DNA of 63,407 nt, the filler included, from Asterionella formosa (Eukaryota): assembly GCA_002256025.1 (NCBI GenBank). It is 23 parts of 23 records of this genome, joined end to end, with 100 filler letters (N's around TTAATTAATTAA, not from the genome) between each part and the next. Parts side by side here need not be neighbours in the genome. Positions count along the whole stretch, not along the records: positions 22,378 to 40,867 come from NKIB01004014.1; 22 more parts are not named here. One strand, 5' to 3'. The notes beneath the pieces were generated by a model. The model was not told where the DNA came from and did not search any database. It saw nothing but the letters and a program-made list of their open reading frames with translations. Positions 25,584 to 38,020 of the stretch are shown in pieces. The translations under genes were made by a program, and so were the position numbers. Numbering within the stretch: the stretch's first letter is position 1; the number at the start of each line of letters is the position of its first letter.

Positions 25584-26030
25584 GTCAGAGTAGTAAGCAA
25601 GCAACAGAGCACCATATGTTCAGTTCTGTTGCTACTGCAGTGGGACAGTAAATCATCATAGTTTCAGGATTGTATGATCGTAAAATTGAAAAGGATGGTC
25701 GGAGTAGTAAGCAAGCAACAGAACACCATATGTTCAGGACTGTTGCTACTACAGCGGGACAGTAAATCATCATAGTTTTAGGATTGTATGATCATAAAAT
25801 TGAAAAAGGATAGTTGGAGCAGTAAGCGAGTAACAGAACACCATATGTTCAGGACTGTTGCTACTGCATTGGGACAGTAAAGCATGATAGTTTCAGGATT
25901 GTATGATCATAAAATTGAAAGACGGTAGTCGGAATAGTAAGCGAGCAACAGAACACCACCATATGTTCAGGACTGTTGCTACTACAGTGGGACAGTAAAT
26001 CATCATAGTTTCAGGATTGTATAATTGAAA
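25584..26030. repeat. Tandem repeat, ~4 x 114-118 bp
   Basis: Unit ...AGTAAGCAAGCAACAGAACACCATATGTTCAGGACTGTTGCTACT.CAG.GGGACAGTAAATCATCATAGTTTCAGGATTGTATGATC... Confidence 0.92.
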
Positions 26031-26138
26031 AAAAGATATGCTATTACTCAAACTCGGTTCTGATTTTGTATATGATAATGTAAATAGCACTGTTGGTTTT
26101 ATGGTATCATATCTAGACAGCGTAAAATATTATATGTA

Positions 26139-28079
26139 GTGGCTGATGATTCATTTCATTGTAGCTTGCAACACCTGATTTTAAGATCATCGAACTTTAA
26201 GGAAGAGAACGACAACAGTTATCAAGTAGTACAAGCAATGTCTTCAAAAAACCATAAAGAGGTTCTTGGAAACAAGCGACATGTGCCAAATACTGCCGGT
26301 ATGGAACAAAGAAGCAAGTACCAAAATGAGTTAACAAAGAAAAAGCGAATTGGCGATTATCCAAAGGAACCCGATCGGCGACAGGGAGTTATTGGGGGTG
26401 CTACCCCATCGTCGATGGGGACACCATCAGCTACTAGTACACAGGATCCCATAATTGATACTGAAAGCGATGATGACGTTTCTTTTTCAGTTGATGATCC
26501 AAGAAAAGTGGCTCCTGTCGATGATACCATTAATAACTCCCAGATGCAGATGGACGACATGGTACCATATCATATATTTTCTAATCACACGGACCTACAA
26601 GTCCATGAAAAACTGAGGGAAAAACATTTTGCACTTGCCAAAGGATATTATCAATTGGTCAATGAACTCAATCACTACAAAGGTCGTAATTCGGTTCAAA
26701 ACTCGTCCATACTAGGTTATCAAGAATCTTCTATTTCAGCAGCCTTTTCAGAACGTCGTTCCCGCTTAGATAAAGTTGAACCGATCCATCAATTGACACA
26801 AAGGTCGTGAGTTTTATTTTCAAGACCAAGAAGTTTTGCTGTGAACATGTAAGCTTGAGGTTATAGTTCGCGAATTGCAGGTACTGTAAAACAAACAGAA
26901 TATTCTGGTCCCATAAGAGAATCAAACATCCCGCCCTGCCTATCTGGTCCAAGTAGTATGAAAGGCATTTCCATTCACAAAGAGGATTGGTTTGCCCAAT
27001 GTTGACCTGCCTAACTCGGGTATACACAGTGAAACCGGATTTAGGTAGGCAAAGAAGTGGAGAGTGACCCAGAGCTTGCCGGCCGATTTCATATGGACTG
27101 GTTCTGATGCACTACTTCCAATGAATTAGACCATTGAACGTACCAACAAGGCACATTCAGATTACATCAAATCAACATTTGGTGGCATATCCATTAAATA
27201 ATTGAGAGAATTTCAGAATGTATTGAATAATCAATTTAAAGGATTCTGAGGTAAGGTCTTGCAGGGAGGTGCTCCGAAAGCATGATGTTCTGAGTCCTTG
27301 GTGATTATATTATTATCAAATATGTTTGAACATAAAAATTGTAACATAATTCATGATACACCAGCTGGTCTAACAGAATAGAACTTCCAGACTATGTATA
27401 TTGATGACTTTATTAGGTGGGCGTTCACGCTTTATCGTTTTGCTCAGTCAGAGGACATTGATAGGGGAAGCCAAGGATACCAAGTCTGGCGTGATGTTCT
27501 TGCTCCAGTGTATTTTATAGGCAGGACAAGCCGTGGAGAACCATTTTTATAAGGAATTAAATCTAATTTTACCAAATTTCAACTCAGTCTTTGGGCACAG
27601 TGTGAATTGCAATCACGTTTTGTTGGTTCGCTGATCGATGCCAGTACAGAAGTCTTTTGCTTCTTGGTGCTGAAAGGAAAATTCCGATTGCAACAAAAAT
27701 ATTTGGGTTTCAATCCAGATACGCAGGAAATTTCAGAGAACGATATTCGTCATTCTACTGATTTTGTCGACATTGGTGGGAAACCACTGATTAAAAAAGT
27801 GTGAGGGAAGAAAGTTCAGTTTCAAATGGTCTTACTGATCAATGGAATGATGATTTACTCGTTTATTATAAGGAAATCTACACTGGACTTTCACAAAAGA
27901 GTCGATCTGAATATGGAAGGAATCCTAGTGGAATTGCTACTTCCACCACAAATATCATCTACCCACACTCATACTTCTCATTTCCCAACGTAAGTGAAGA
28001 GGAAATGCATCAATATGTTGAACCACTTCAACCAAATGTTCCTGAGAAGAACATTGATTACAATGACCGCATTAATTAA
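26139..28079 (+). pseudogene. Decayed coding region, probably a transposon accessory gene
   Basis: Successive + strand ORF pieces (26139-26810, 27607-27804, 27801-28079) lie directly upstream of a transposase-like N-terminus. Confidence 0.4.
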
Positions 28080-28422
28080 CAGGACATTGATGACGATGTT
28101 GATGTTGAATGGATCTAATAGAATCCAATGCATACTTAGTAGTTACATAATAAATAAAGTTAGTGTGAGACTTCTACAATGCAAACCATATCATATATGC
28201 AAGGAAAACATTGACGCTACTCAATACTACTAGTAGTGGCGCCTGTGCTGTATGTAGCGGTATACCTCCATTTTTACTACTATGGTGGAGTGATAATTTC
28301 ACGACTCTGTATTGTCCAGTCCAGCACAGCATGTTCGGAGTGATGCTCAATGTATAATTATGATTCCTTTTCATTCTATCCTCTTCCTATCCTGCCTTGG
28401 TCATCATTTGAAATTTGCGATC

Positions 28423-29330
28423 ATGTCTTTGCGGACATTGCAATGGTGTTATCTGTGTAACTACAAATTTCGGAAGAACAAATCCCCATCTGAGTCTCAT
28501 AATCGATATTGTAGCAACCGTGTTTTTTATGCATATGGTCACTGTCTACATTGCATGCAAGAACATCGAAATCCTGGAATACATAATGAAACTATGCATT
28601 GCGGTTGTGCATCAAATCATTCAAGGAATGAAGTTAATGATGGCAGCAGTGTAACTGCTGCAGCATTTAGGGAGAGTAGACAACAAGAAAAGATTATGTG
28701 TCCTATCCTTGAATCAAGTGACCAAAATCATCCACTTCATGACGACAGCGACGATTCAGTTTATAACAATATTCAGTCACAACAAGACGAACAATTGAGA
28801 CTAAAAACTCTCCAAGGATTGAATTCAGAAACTATGCAATACTCAGATTTTCAAGATCACCCCGGCTTTCTCCCTGAAAATGCAATGGAAATGCCCCTTC
28901 CTCCTCAATTTCGACTCTCAAGTAAACATTCTCTAAACATAAATCCAGTCGAACTAGAACTCATGTTATTCCTTAACGAGAATTACCTTCCACCAGTTTA
29001 CTTTGATCATCTAATGAAATGTCTGTTCAAGGCAAAAGCAATGAAATATTTTGATAGAAGCAAGGTATCAAGCTCCATCCTACCAGAATTTGGAAAAACG
29101 CATGGATATTTTATTTCAACCAAAATTAGCTGGTTGTCAACTGTTGACCAAACAAATACAGATTGATAACAATTCAAACATGATCATCCCACGCACACTC
29201 CACTATTTCGAACCAGTTCAGCTCATGGCAGGATTGCTACATGATTCCGATATCATGCAACATTTTGTATGTCACCCACAAGTGAAACTTACAACTTCTT
29301 CTCCAGATAAAAACCATCATATTCCTATGA
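28423..29330 (+). pseudogene. Cys/His-rich N-terminus plus a Plavaka-like transposase N-terminal remnant, frameshifted
   Basis: ELMLFL...LPPVYFDHLMK...AK..KY, then after a frameshift APSYQNL...YFEPVQLMAGLLHDSDIM. Confidence 0.45.
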
Positions 29331-31242
29331 TGCATCATACTAGGATTATGATCATCTGATCATAATTTTTCGTTGTATCATCTAATAATTTTGATAAATG
29401 ACCTCATAATTTAAATAGTAACCCTTTTGACTATGAAAATTTTATTATTATATGTATTGTTTAATTTTGGTCCTCATTTTGGTTCCTTTATTTAAATTTC
29501 TTGGTAGGATAATGTACCAGTTAAAGTAATGTGGTTTGGCTTATCATCCTCTCCAGTCCTCACTCTGATTCTTGCAACAACGACAAAGCAGCCATGTTGA
29601 GAGGAACGAGTATTTGTGATAAAATCTTCATTTCTCGTTCAAATCATCATATGTCTTCGATTAATCATCATCTACAATGCACAGTATGTTCGTATGCAAT
29701 CCGTTTAGAGCTTGAAAAGAAATCCAATGAAAACGAAATGGCTCATCATCACACAAGACAAATATTTCCGGCCGGTCTGTCACCAGAGCATTAATCAGTG
29801 TTACAACCTCAATCATAGCTAAACAGCATCCATTAGAGAGCAGCACAATCTACTTCTCTGTAACATTGTCACTCTAACAAGAACGTGATACATCTAGAAT
29901 TGAAAAGCAGCATCGCAGGCGATATGCATAAAGAAGCATGAGACTGTCTATTTATAGTAACAGAGTGATTCTGGTTTCGTAATTTTCATGTCTCATCAGA
30001 TTTCCTTTGTCATCGTACGCACTAGTTCCTTACATTTGAAGACAGGAGCATATTCTTTGATGTATCTGGAATGGTTCAATGGATGGCAACAGCTGGATTT
30101 AGACACAAACCTCGACAAAAACACAGACACATTGGCCTATTGACCACCAGCCATTCTATACTGCAAAAATGCAAGAAGCACAAGTTGAATGCCCATTTAT
30201 GGATTCAAGTTTCAGCAGTGCAACAAAGTAAAATATTAGAAAGCGAAAGTCACATTTCATCTAATTATGGTTTTCAATTTTACTGTTATTGATTGAGAGG
30301 AAGCAATGGTAGAATGGCTGCCAAACAGGCGGGGGAAAACACAGAGAAGCCTACTAATTTTTCTCCCCAATGATCCCAGACCCTTCTTGGATGTCACTTG
30401 CTACAGAAATTGGAGAGCAGCCGCCATGATCTGTTGATTGTTGCTTGCTGTATGGTGCCACTGACCAAAACCTCCAGAAATCTCAATGAGTTGCTTGTTT
30501 CTTGATTTGAATACAGAAGGGATCAAAACCAGTGGAAAAATCAAAAAGGAACTAAAAATGCTCTGCAAACATCAGGACAATTGTGAAAAAGAAATGAAGG
30601 TTCTTTGGAGGAGAAGCAAAGGGATAATTTCTTCTGGTCTTGTGGGAACAAGAATGAATTGACCCAAACAATGTTGACAAATAGGTACCTATCGAACAGA
30701 TGGGTCCGAAATTCCATAGAATTTACCTTTAGTCAGAGAAGTCAAACAAACACCCTAACTCAATGGGTCATGGCAGTTTTTTACTGGTACCTGGTGCCAG
30801 CTACTGATGGTACCTGTGGTACCTAGCAGGAGTACCCGCCACTAGACATTCGTGGATCAATTATTTATGTAGGTCTACAGTGGTGGTACAAAATTGAATG
30901 CATTTTCTACACATTTCTGTGTTGAAAATAATCCACATTTTTCCGGGAAGCAGGGGGGGAGGGGCCGAAAAAATGAATCACGGTGGAAGCAAGCAAAAAC
31001 TGCTGCTGACAGAACTGGCCGTTAGGAAAAATGTGGACGAAATCCCCCATAGATTTACGTACAGAAACTATTTATGTTCCACATTTTTCTGTACTTCCTA
31101 TTCCAGTACTTCCATGGGATTATTCGTATTACGTGCTATGTGTACATGACCAGCCAATGGGTGTTACATATGGATGACGCCATGGTGGCGTCATCCCTTT
31201 TCCTTTTCCTTACCCTCACCCTCACTCTCACCCAAACCCTAA

Positions 31243-32228
31243 GGGCCGTTCTTATCATTTTTTTCGTGTATCACGGAATTTGAATTTTTTTGAAAATGTA
31301 TCAGCAACAGTAACTCGATTTGAACTGAATTTCATTCATTCCAAAAGTGACACTGTATCACTAATTTGTATCACAGTGTATCATGGAGTAACAAGGATTG
31401 TCAACGGTGACAGGCCAGCTACGAGCATCTAGATATATATGAGCAGTAATATACATATGCGTAGCTTAAATAAAAATAGCAACCGGAATAAAATAACAAA
31501 TATCATACCGGTATCATCTTACGGAGCCTGTGCGGTACATGCTACTAGCCCCTGGTATTGAGAGACTCGTCAACACATTGACCATGTCGATAATCAGCTA
31601 TTTCTCCATCAAAATGGCAAAGGAGTCGCTGCGCTTTTGCGGTCTAAGATATCATTGTACGAACGATGCAAGAGAAAAGGAAATATAGATATATCTTTAA
31701 AATTGCATAAGAAATTACAAATCAACAATGTAGAAGAGGAACATTTGTCATTTTATATGATTACAAACAGAACTATTGATTTGTTACAGCAACGACTAAA
31801 GCTATGACTGCTAATACGACTACAACAATACTATCATATGACAAAAGTGTTTGCAAAAAGTGGTGTTAGGTTAGACTTTGTGTTATAGACGCCATTAGAT
31901 CAATCGATTGCACCAGTGGCGTTTTCAAGTTGCGCTGTGTTGCTGATGTTGATTTTCCCATCCACAAAAAAAAAATTATATAGTTGGCGCTGGCATGTCT
32001 ACAGTTATTTTATCAGTGGCAACGGACGTGATCACAGTGATCAACGGCTGTATCACTGATACAGCATTGGTCAGGGATCCAAAAACTGTATCAGTGATAC
32101 ACCCATGATACGACGGTGATCAGACCAAAAAAACCGTTGGTGATACACAAAAAAACCCGCCATTTTTGTATCATATTTCGGAGATGATACACCAATGACG
32201 ACCAATGACAGAATGATAAGAACGGTCC
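31243..32228. mobile_element. 986-bp non-autonomous PIF/Harbinger element
   Basis: 17-bp TIR GG(G/A)CCGTTCTTATCATT, TAA duplication at 31240-31242 and 32229-32231, and subterminal TGTATCA/TGATAC motifs. Confidence 0.88.
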
Positions 32229-33100
32229 TAACTCTATCAGGTAATTGTCGACTGACCAAAAATTATCGCAGTATGTATGTGGCGTTCGTTATTATTACCG
32301 TGGATTCAGATTCAAACAGTTTCTGTAGCTCATTCGAAAATCTTTCTCATCCGGTGGACCAATACAGCTCCAGGGTCCGTTTCGAGTAGAGCATTTTAAT
32401 TAGGAGCGACAGGAAAATTCATCGCAGTGATCTGCAATACAGTTCTCTACGTACATTTAATTCAAGCAGGGGACTGATGGATGCTAGACTCATACCAAAA
32501 TGTCCTTTGGAACTGTCATATAAGGCCTCTGGACATTAGACAAAATGTACGTTATGACAAGACATCTTGGGTGAAAATTACTTATGTCTGATTACGTGTC
32601 TTAGACAATTGGCCTTAATCAACGGTGGCCCCGATGTCCAAAACCTGCACAAGCTTTTAAAGTACAGGCTTTTCTATCGCAGGCGTATTTAGCACAGCCT
32701 TAAATATACATACCGGTAAATGGAAACCCTGGTGCTTTCCGATAAATCGAAGAGTCAAAGAAATATGGACGTACGGCCGTGATACCGGAAGTTTACAAGG
32801 AGCGCGTAAAGATCCTACTACGTACTATCATTATGGCTTGATTCTTCATGCAGGACGTACTACCGGTACTCATATCGTCACTACCGGTACTTGATTTTTC
32901 AGCAGGCAGTTGCAAGAATGAACTACCGGGTAGTAAGTACCGGCATACCCTCATGACTGTACACTCCACTCCATAAAGAAAAGGCAATTGTTTTGCTTAT
33001 ACTCCGATTGCTGTTTGAAAATTCACACGTTAAACAGTGCTTTTAATCAATTTTGACGTTGTCAAATGTATAATTAAACATCTGAAAACACAAAACACAA

Positions 33101-33780
33101 ATGAACATTGGAAACATTGGTATGGCATTGGCCTTGCTCTTGGCTCACGCTACTGCACAGACTAAGTCGGTAAGTCCGTGATTTCAATTCATGCTTTTTA
33201 ATTGTTTGTTTGCGGAAACAGGAATTAACAGTCTTGGGTGTTTTTCTCATCCAGCCAACAAGCAAGCCTACTAGTTTTCCGACCATCCAGCCAACAAGGA
33301 AGCCAACCACCAAGCCAACAAATTCTCCTACCATCCAGCCCACGACCAAGCCAACCACCAAGCCGACAAGTTTTCCAACCATCCAGCCAACAAGCAAGCC
33401 AAGCACCAAGCCAACTAGTTATCCTACTATCAAGCCCACAACCAAGCCAACTACTTCTCCTACTATCCAGCCCACAAGCAAGCCAACCACCAAGCCAACT
33501 ACTTCTCCTGCCATCTAGCCTACAATCAAAACATCCACCTAGCCAACTAGTTTTCCTACTGAATTTGCGACTTTTGGTTAGACTCCTCTGGCCATGGTGT
33601 TGGTACAATTCCAGATACATGTTCATCAGATCATGAAAAATTTGGGTTGCTGTGCAGCATCTGTCCCCAGTGTTATTAAGTAGTTCTCCTACTATCCAGC
33701 CCACAAGCAAGCCAACTAGTTTTCCTACCATCTAGCCCACAAACAAAACATCCACCAAGCCAATTAGTTTTCCTACTGAA
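33101..33780 (+). pseudogene. Secreted PTxxPT-repeat (mucin-like) protein gene with a premature stop
   Basis: Signal-like exon 33101-33169 (MNIGNIGMALALLLAHATAQ), phase-0 GTAAGT..CAG intron 33170-33221, then [15 protein letters not shown] repeats. TAG at 33516 replaces CAG and the repeats continue beyond it. Confidence 0.6.
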
Positions 33781-33895
33781 TTTGCGACTTTTGGTTAGAC
33801 TCCTTTGGCCATAGTGTTGGGCAGATATATATGTTCATCAGATCATGAAAAATTTGGGTTGCTGTGATACAACATCTGTCCCTGGTGGTAATAAG
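33508..33895. repeat. ~220-bp-period direct duplication
   Basis: ...TAGTTTTCCTACTGAATTTGCGACTTTTGGTTAGACTCCT...GTTCATCAGATCATGAAAAATTTGGGTTGCTGTG occurs twice. Confidence 0.85.
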
Positions 33896-34650
33896 GACCC
33901 TAACGGAGTTATCTCCAATGTTAGAGTTAGGGTCAGGACATGATGCCTTCAAGGCGTCTTCTAGGTTTAGGGGATGCCACAAGATATCTTGGTTGGAAAT
34001 CCGGATGTGACAAGATGCTCAAATAAAAATGTCGCTGTTAGGGTTAGGTTCAAGGGATGGCATTATAGGCAAAATCGCTTTGTAGCGCCCAGACTTTCAA
34101 GGGCTGGGAATGTAGATGAAGCACATTAGGGTTTGGATTAGAAGTAAAGATTGAAAGAGCTATGTATATACTGGCTGTTAGGGTCAAGGGATGACATCCC
34201 CCTTATGTAGCACCCAGTCCTTCTAGGGCTGGGCATGTACAGATAGCACATTGTATGATTAACCCTATGGAAGTACTGGCACAGGAAGCATTTTGTTAGT
34301 ACCAGATTCTTTTTATGCATATGAACATGTAGAATTATATGGTGTTGTGCTTACCAGAGTGATTGGTCATGTATGTATATGGATGGTTGCAACCTGAAGG
34401 TCAATATTAGTAGGGATTTGCAGGCCTTAGTAGGGCGAAACTTAACAGAGATGCAAATTATTTTTTGGTGCATCTCAGGAAAAAATCTTTACAGAGATAC
34501 ATTTCACAAATATATCTCTGTAATTGCAAAACAAATAGCTGTTTTCTTTATGTCTCTGCAAACATGTTGTGCATCAGGCTCAGCAAAAATATTTGCAATG
34601 TGCACTTCGATTATTCAACATGCCTGACCATTATCATTACAGTAACGACA

Positions 34651-36027
34651 ATGACAAATCGACCGGAAGAACCTGACAGTTGGGATATCATTGACAATCT
34701 TGATATAGAAGCGGAATAACAGAGCTATTTGTTAATTGCAGCAGTTGCATTATCATTTTTGGAGCCCTATTGACAAAACTTGAAGCCAGTGTGAATTCCA
34801 AAATGGGAGCATCAACAAATTGACTGGAATGAGCATGTCACAAAGCTTCTTCATGAGAAAAGGTTTCATCGTGAATATCGCATGTCTCTTGAAGCTTTCA
34901 ATCAACTACTGGAACTCCTTCAACCTCATGAGAATAGATTTCATCGTGAATATCACATGTCTCTTGAAGCTTTCAATCAACTAATGGAACTCCTTTGACC
35001 ATCTATCACAATTAATGTTTTCAAATCAAATGCAAGTTCTGGTTTATACAGCTCAAATCAGCATATTTATCCTGAGTTGATCCTTTGCCATTGGACTATG
35101 CTGGCTTGCAGGCGGAAACCTCATAGACATTTGTCATGCCTATGGAGTTTCTTATCCATCTGTTTATGCCATCACTAAAACATTCCTTGATGTGGTGAAC
35201 TCCTGCACAGCATTATCACTAAAATTCCCTACAACAAACAAGCAGAAACAAACAGTGATGAATGGATTCCTTGAAAATAGCGAGCAGCAACTATTTTGTG
35301 GAAGCATTGGTGCTTTAGATGGATATTTACAGCCTATTGCAAAACCAAGAAAGAAGGATTGTGATGGCTTCCCTCAAGCATATTGGTCTGAGCATTATAT
35401 GTCAAATGGATTGAATGTTCAAGCTGTTTGTGACAGTAATTGTTATTTCCTATACTTTGGTGTTGTGGCACCAGGAAAATGTACGAAACTTTTTCAGATT
35501 GTATCCAACCTTTGCCCAGGACAATACATAGTATGTGATGTTGCTTACACATTGACTGATCAAGTGCTCTGTCCATTTATTGGAAGTCAAAAGGAATCAA
35601 CAAACAAAGATGTATACAGCTATTTCCTTTCACAATTCTGCATTAGAAATGAGATGATTTTTGGATTGCTCACCAATAAATGGAGGATCACGAGGACATC
35701 CTTGTCCTTCAGGATGAAGAAATCAGTTGCAATTATTTCTGCTTGTGCCCACTTCCACAATTTTTGCCTACTCATGGATGATGATAAAAAGAAAGAACTT
35801 GCTAATGGAATGGAATTTCTGACTAGTTTGGAGCTTGCTGATCCAATGCCCAATGCTCCTCTTGGGTGGGCTTATCTTCCAACTGTCAGGAAGTTGGATG
35901 TAATACAAGGTACTTCACAGATTTGGCAAATTATTCTTGATATTGTCACCAATAATTGGGTTTAGGCAACCTCCAGCTAATGTGTTGTGCCAACAGCATG
36001 AACTGACTGAAATAGGATTAATGTAGC
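34651..36027 (+). pseudogene. Harbinger (DDE_Tnp_4/HARBI1-like) transposase, disrupted
   Basis: FHREYRMSLEAF, IYPEL..WLAGG, IGALDG, GLNVQAVCDS, YIVCDVAY, EMIFGLL.NKWRI, HNFC. Contains stops and a 75-bp internal duplication (34852-35000). Confidence 0.9.
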
Positions 36028-36099
36028 ATACAAATTATAACTGGAAGGAATTAGCTAGGTAATAACAAGAACTAAGTGGCTAGATATATAATTGTTAAT

Positions 36100-36724
36100 C
36101 TAATTATGATTAGATGCATCCTCTTCAGCAGTTTGTATAAGAGCTACAGAATTCTTGGTCAGTGCATCCATAGCTTCAAAAAGTTTGGCTTCAAAAAATT
36201 CATCAAAACTGACATTCTCTTGATACTCTTTACCATCACATTTTTGTGACACTTCATTGCTTGCTACTTCAGTCTGAGCTTCCTTTAACTTTTTGCGGTA
36301 CATACTTACAACATCTATTTGTTCCTTCTCTTGTTTTACAAGAAAAGTTGCTCAAGAAAATTCTGCATTGGAACTTTGAGAGGCAAGTGTCATTTGTGTA
36401 CAGCGCTCAGTTTCTTTTGAAAGTTCTACAAGTGCATCGACGACTTGTTTGGATTTTTTTTCAAACTCATCGCTGCCATATTTTCTACCTTTTCTTCATT
36501 GAACAGCAGGTAGCTTTGTTTCTGTATCCGGCGATTTTAAAGTGAACGCCAATACGATAAAGTCGTTGTAGCGATATCTGTTGAATGAGCATGTCTTTTA
36601 TCTTCGTCAAAGACCCTTCGTTGTCAATCAAAAAGTCAGCAGGAGTGATACATGCAACCCACTGGTCATTCTGTTTCCTTGCTGCAGAGTAAATTTCATT
36701 GTCCGAAGATTCCAATGATGCCAT
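36100..36724 (-). pseudogene. Probable Harbinger accessory gene remnant, convergent on the transposase
   Basis: ORF pieces 36724-36485 and 36303-36100 end ~70 bp from the transposase end. Two-gene organisation is standard for Harbinger. Confidence 0.5.
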
Positions 36725-37054
36725 TGCACAAGTAGTTTACAAGTGATAAAAAGCATTATTCCATGAGTAGCTAGAGATAATAATAATTGCTGCTGAGAAT
36801 CCTTCCTCCCAAAACTCATTTCTGTTGTTGCTGTTAGAGATTTAAAAATGGTGTCTTTGTTGATTAGTTTAATTACATGACATATATTAAATTTATAAAA
36901 TTAGTGTTGCTTAACGCTATATCTGCAGTGATACACACAGATACACATTTTGGAGCAACAAAAAATGTGTTGCTGGAAAGCAACATATCACCCGGATATG
37001 TGAGATACAAAAATTGGACCGAGCAATATTTTTTTTATTTTTTATCTCTCTCAA

Positions 37055-37200
37055 GGTTCCTGCTTTTCAACCCTAGTTTAGAAGTAGGGTTAAAAATATA
37101 ATATTGAGTCAGAGTTCTCAAACACACACTTCTTATTAGCAAAACATAAATGTATATCGCTAAACGCCGGAGCTTTCACCAATATGCACCCTTTCCATAT
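37055..37200 (-). mobile_element. Diverged copy of the right end of the 5397 MITE family
   Basis: GGTTCCTGC.TTT.AACCCTAG...GTAGGGTT...ATATTGAGTCAGA...CACCCTTTCCAT is the reverse complement of ~5490-5630. Confidence 0.7.
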
Positions 37201-38020
37201 GCTTAGATACAGTCTTCTGACAAAGTAGGGATATAGGTCAACGCTATATATCGTCAGGAAATGATGATTGGATATGTCAAGGAAGTGCAGAAGTCAAGAA
37301 AGTGCAGAAAGGAACTTGGGTTGTAAACTATGCTGAAAATAGTTTTTTTTACAGGGCCAACTCGTTTATTTGGCCTAGTTATAAAACCAAAGTTCCTTTC
37401 AGCACTTTCTTGCCAAAAGTTAACTTCTGGGGCTATATGAAGATTACATATTTACTTAACTCTTCTTTAAACCTTGCCAACTTTGAGCTATCGTCGTTCA
37501 AAAATTCTGCAATATTGGCCTTTTCAACGGTCTCCAAATAGTTGGAATTAGAATCAATAATCATTGAAACGTCATTATCAGAACTGAAGTCTTGTGATTC
37601 AATTTTTTGTCCTACAATCTTCTGTGCAAAAAGCTTCATTGTAAGTGTCCACTTCACTATAAATATTTTGATTGGTCAAGTTCAATTACTTACCAATATT
37701 TGATTGACCTGGTTTGCGAGGTCTTGCAAACCCACACTGGCCACACAGGATACACATTTAAAATTTTCTTGTGCGGCGAAAAATAAATGTAAGTGCTTGG
37801 ACCAGTAGGCAACAACGACATCGCATGAACAGTGAACTAACTTCACCAGTATTATATTCATAAATCAAAGAAAACGAGAAGCCTTGTGTCAACAGTGTGC
37901 ATCGTAACGCTGGCTAATGTGGAAAGTAGTCTAGTTTAAATCTAGCACAGTTCGTACCTGGAACTTTCCTTCCTATTAGGAACTACACATATGCTAACTT
38001 GTATGTAGTATTTTCCGTTT

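Noticed and set aside
25584..26030. CRISPR-like array (also considered 11310-11420 and 61085-61240)
   Set aside because: Whole units repeat with no unique spacers, there are no cas genes, and the context is eukaryotic.
32521..32618. Possible tiny MITE (TAAGGCC...GGCCTTA)
   Set aside because: The inverted match is too short to distinguish from chance.
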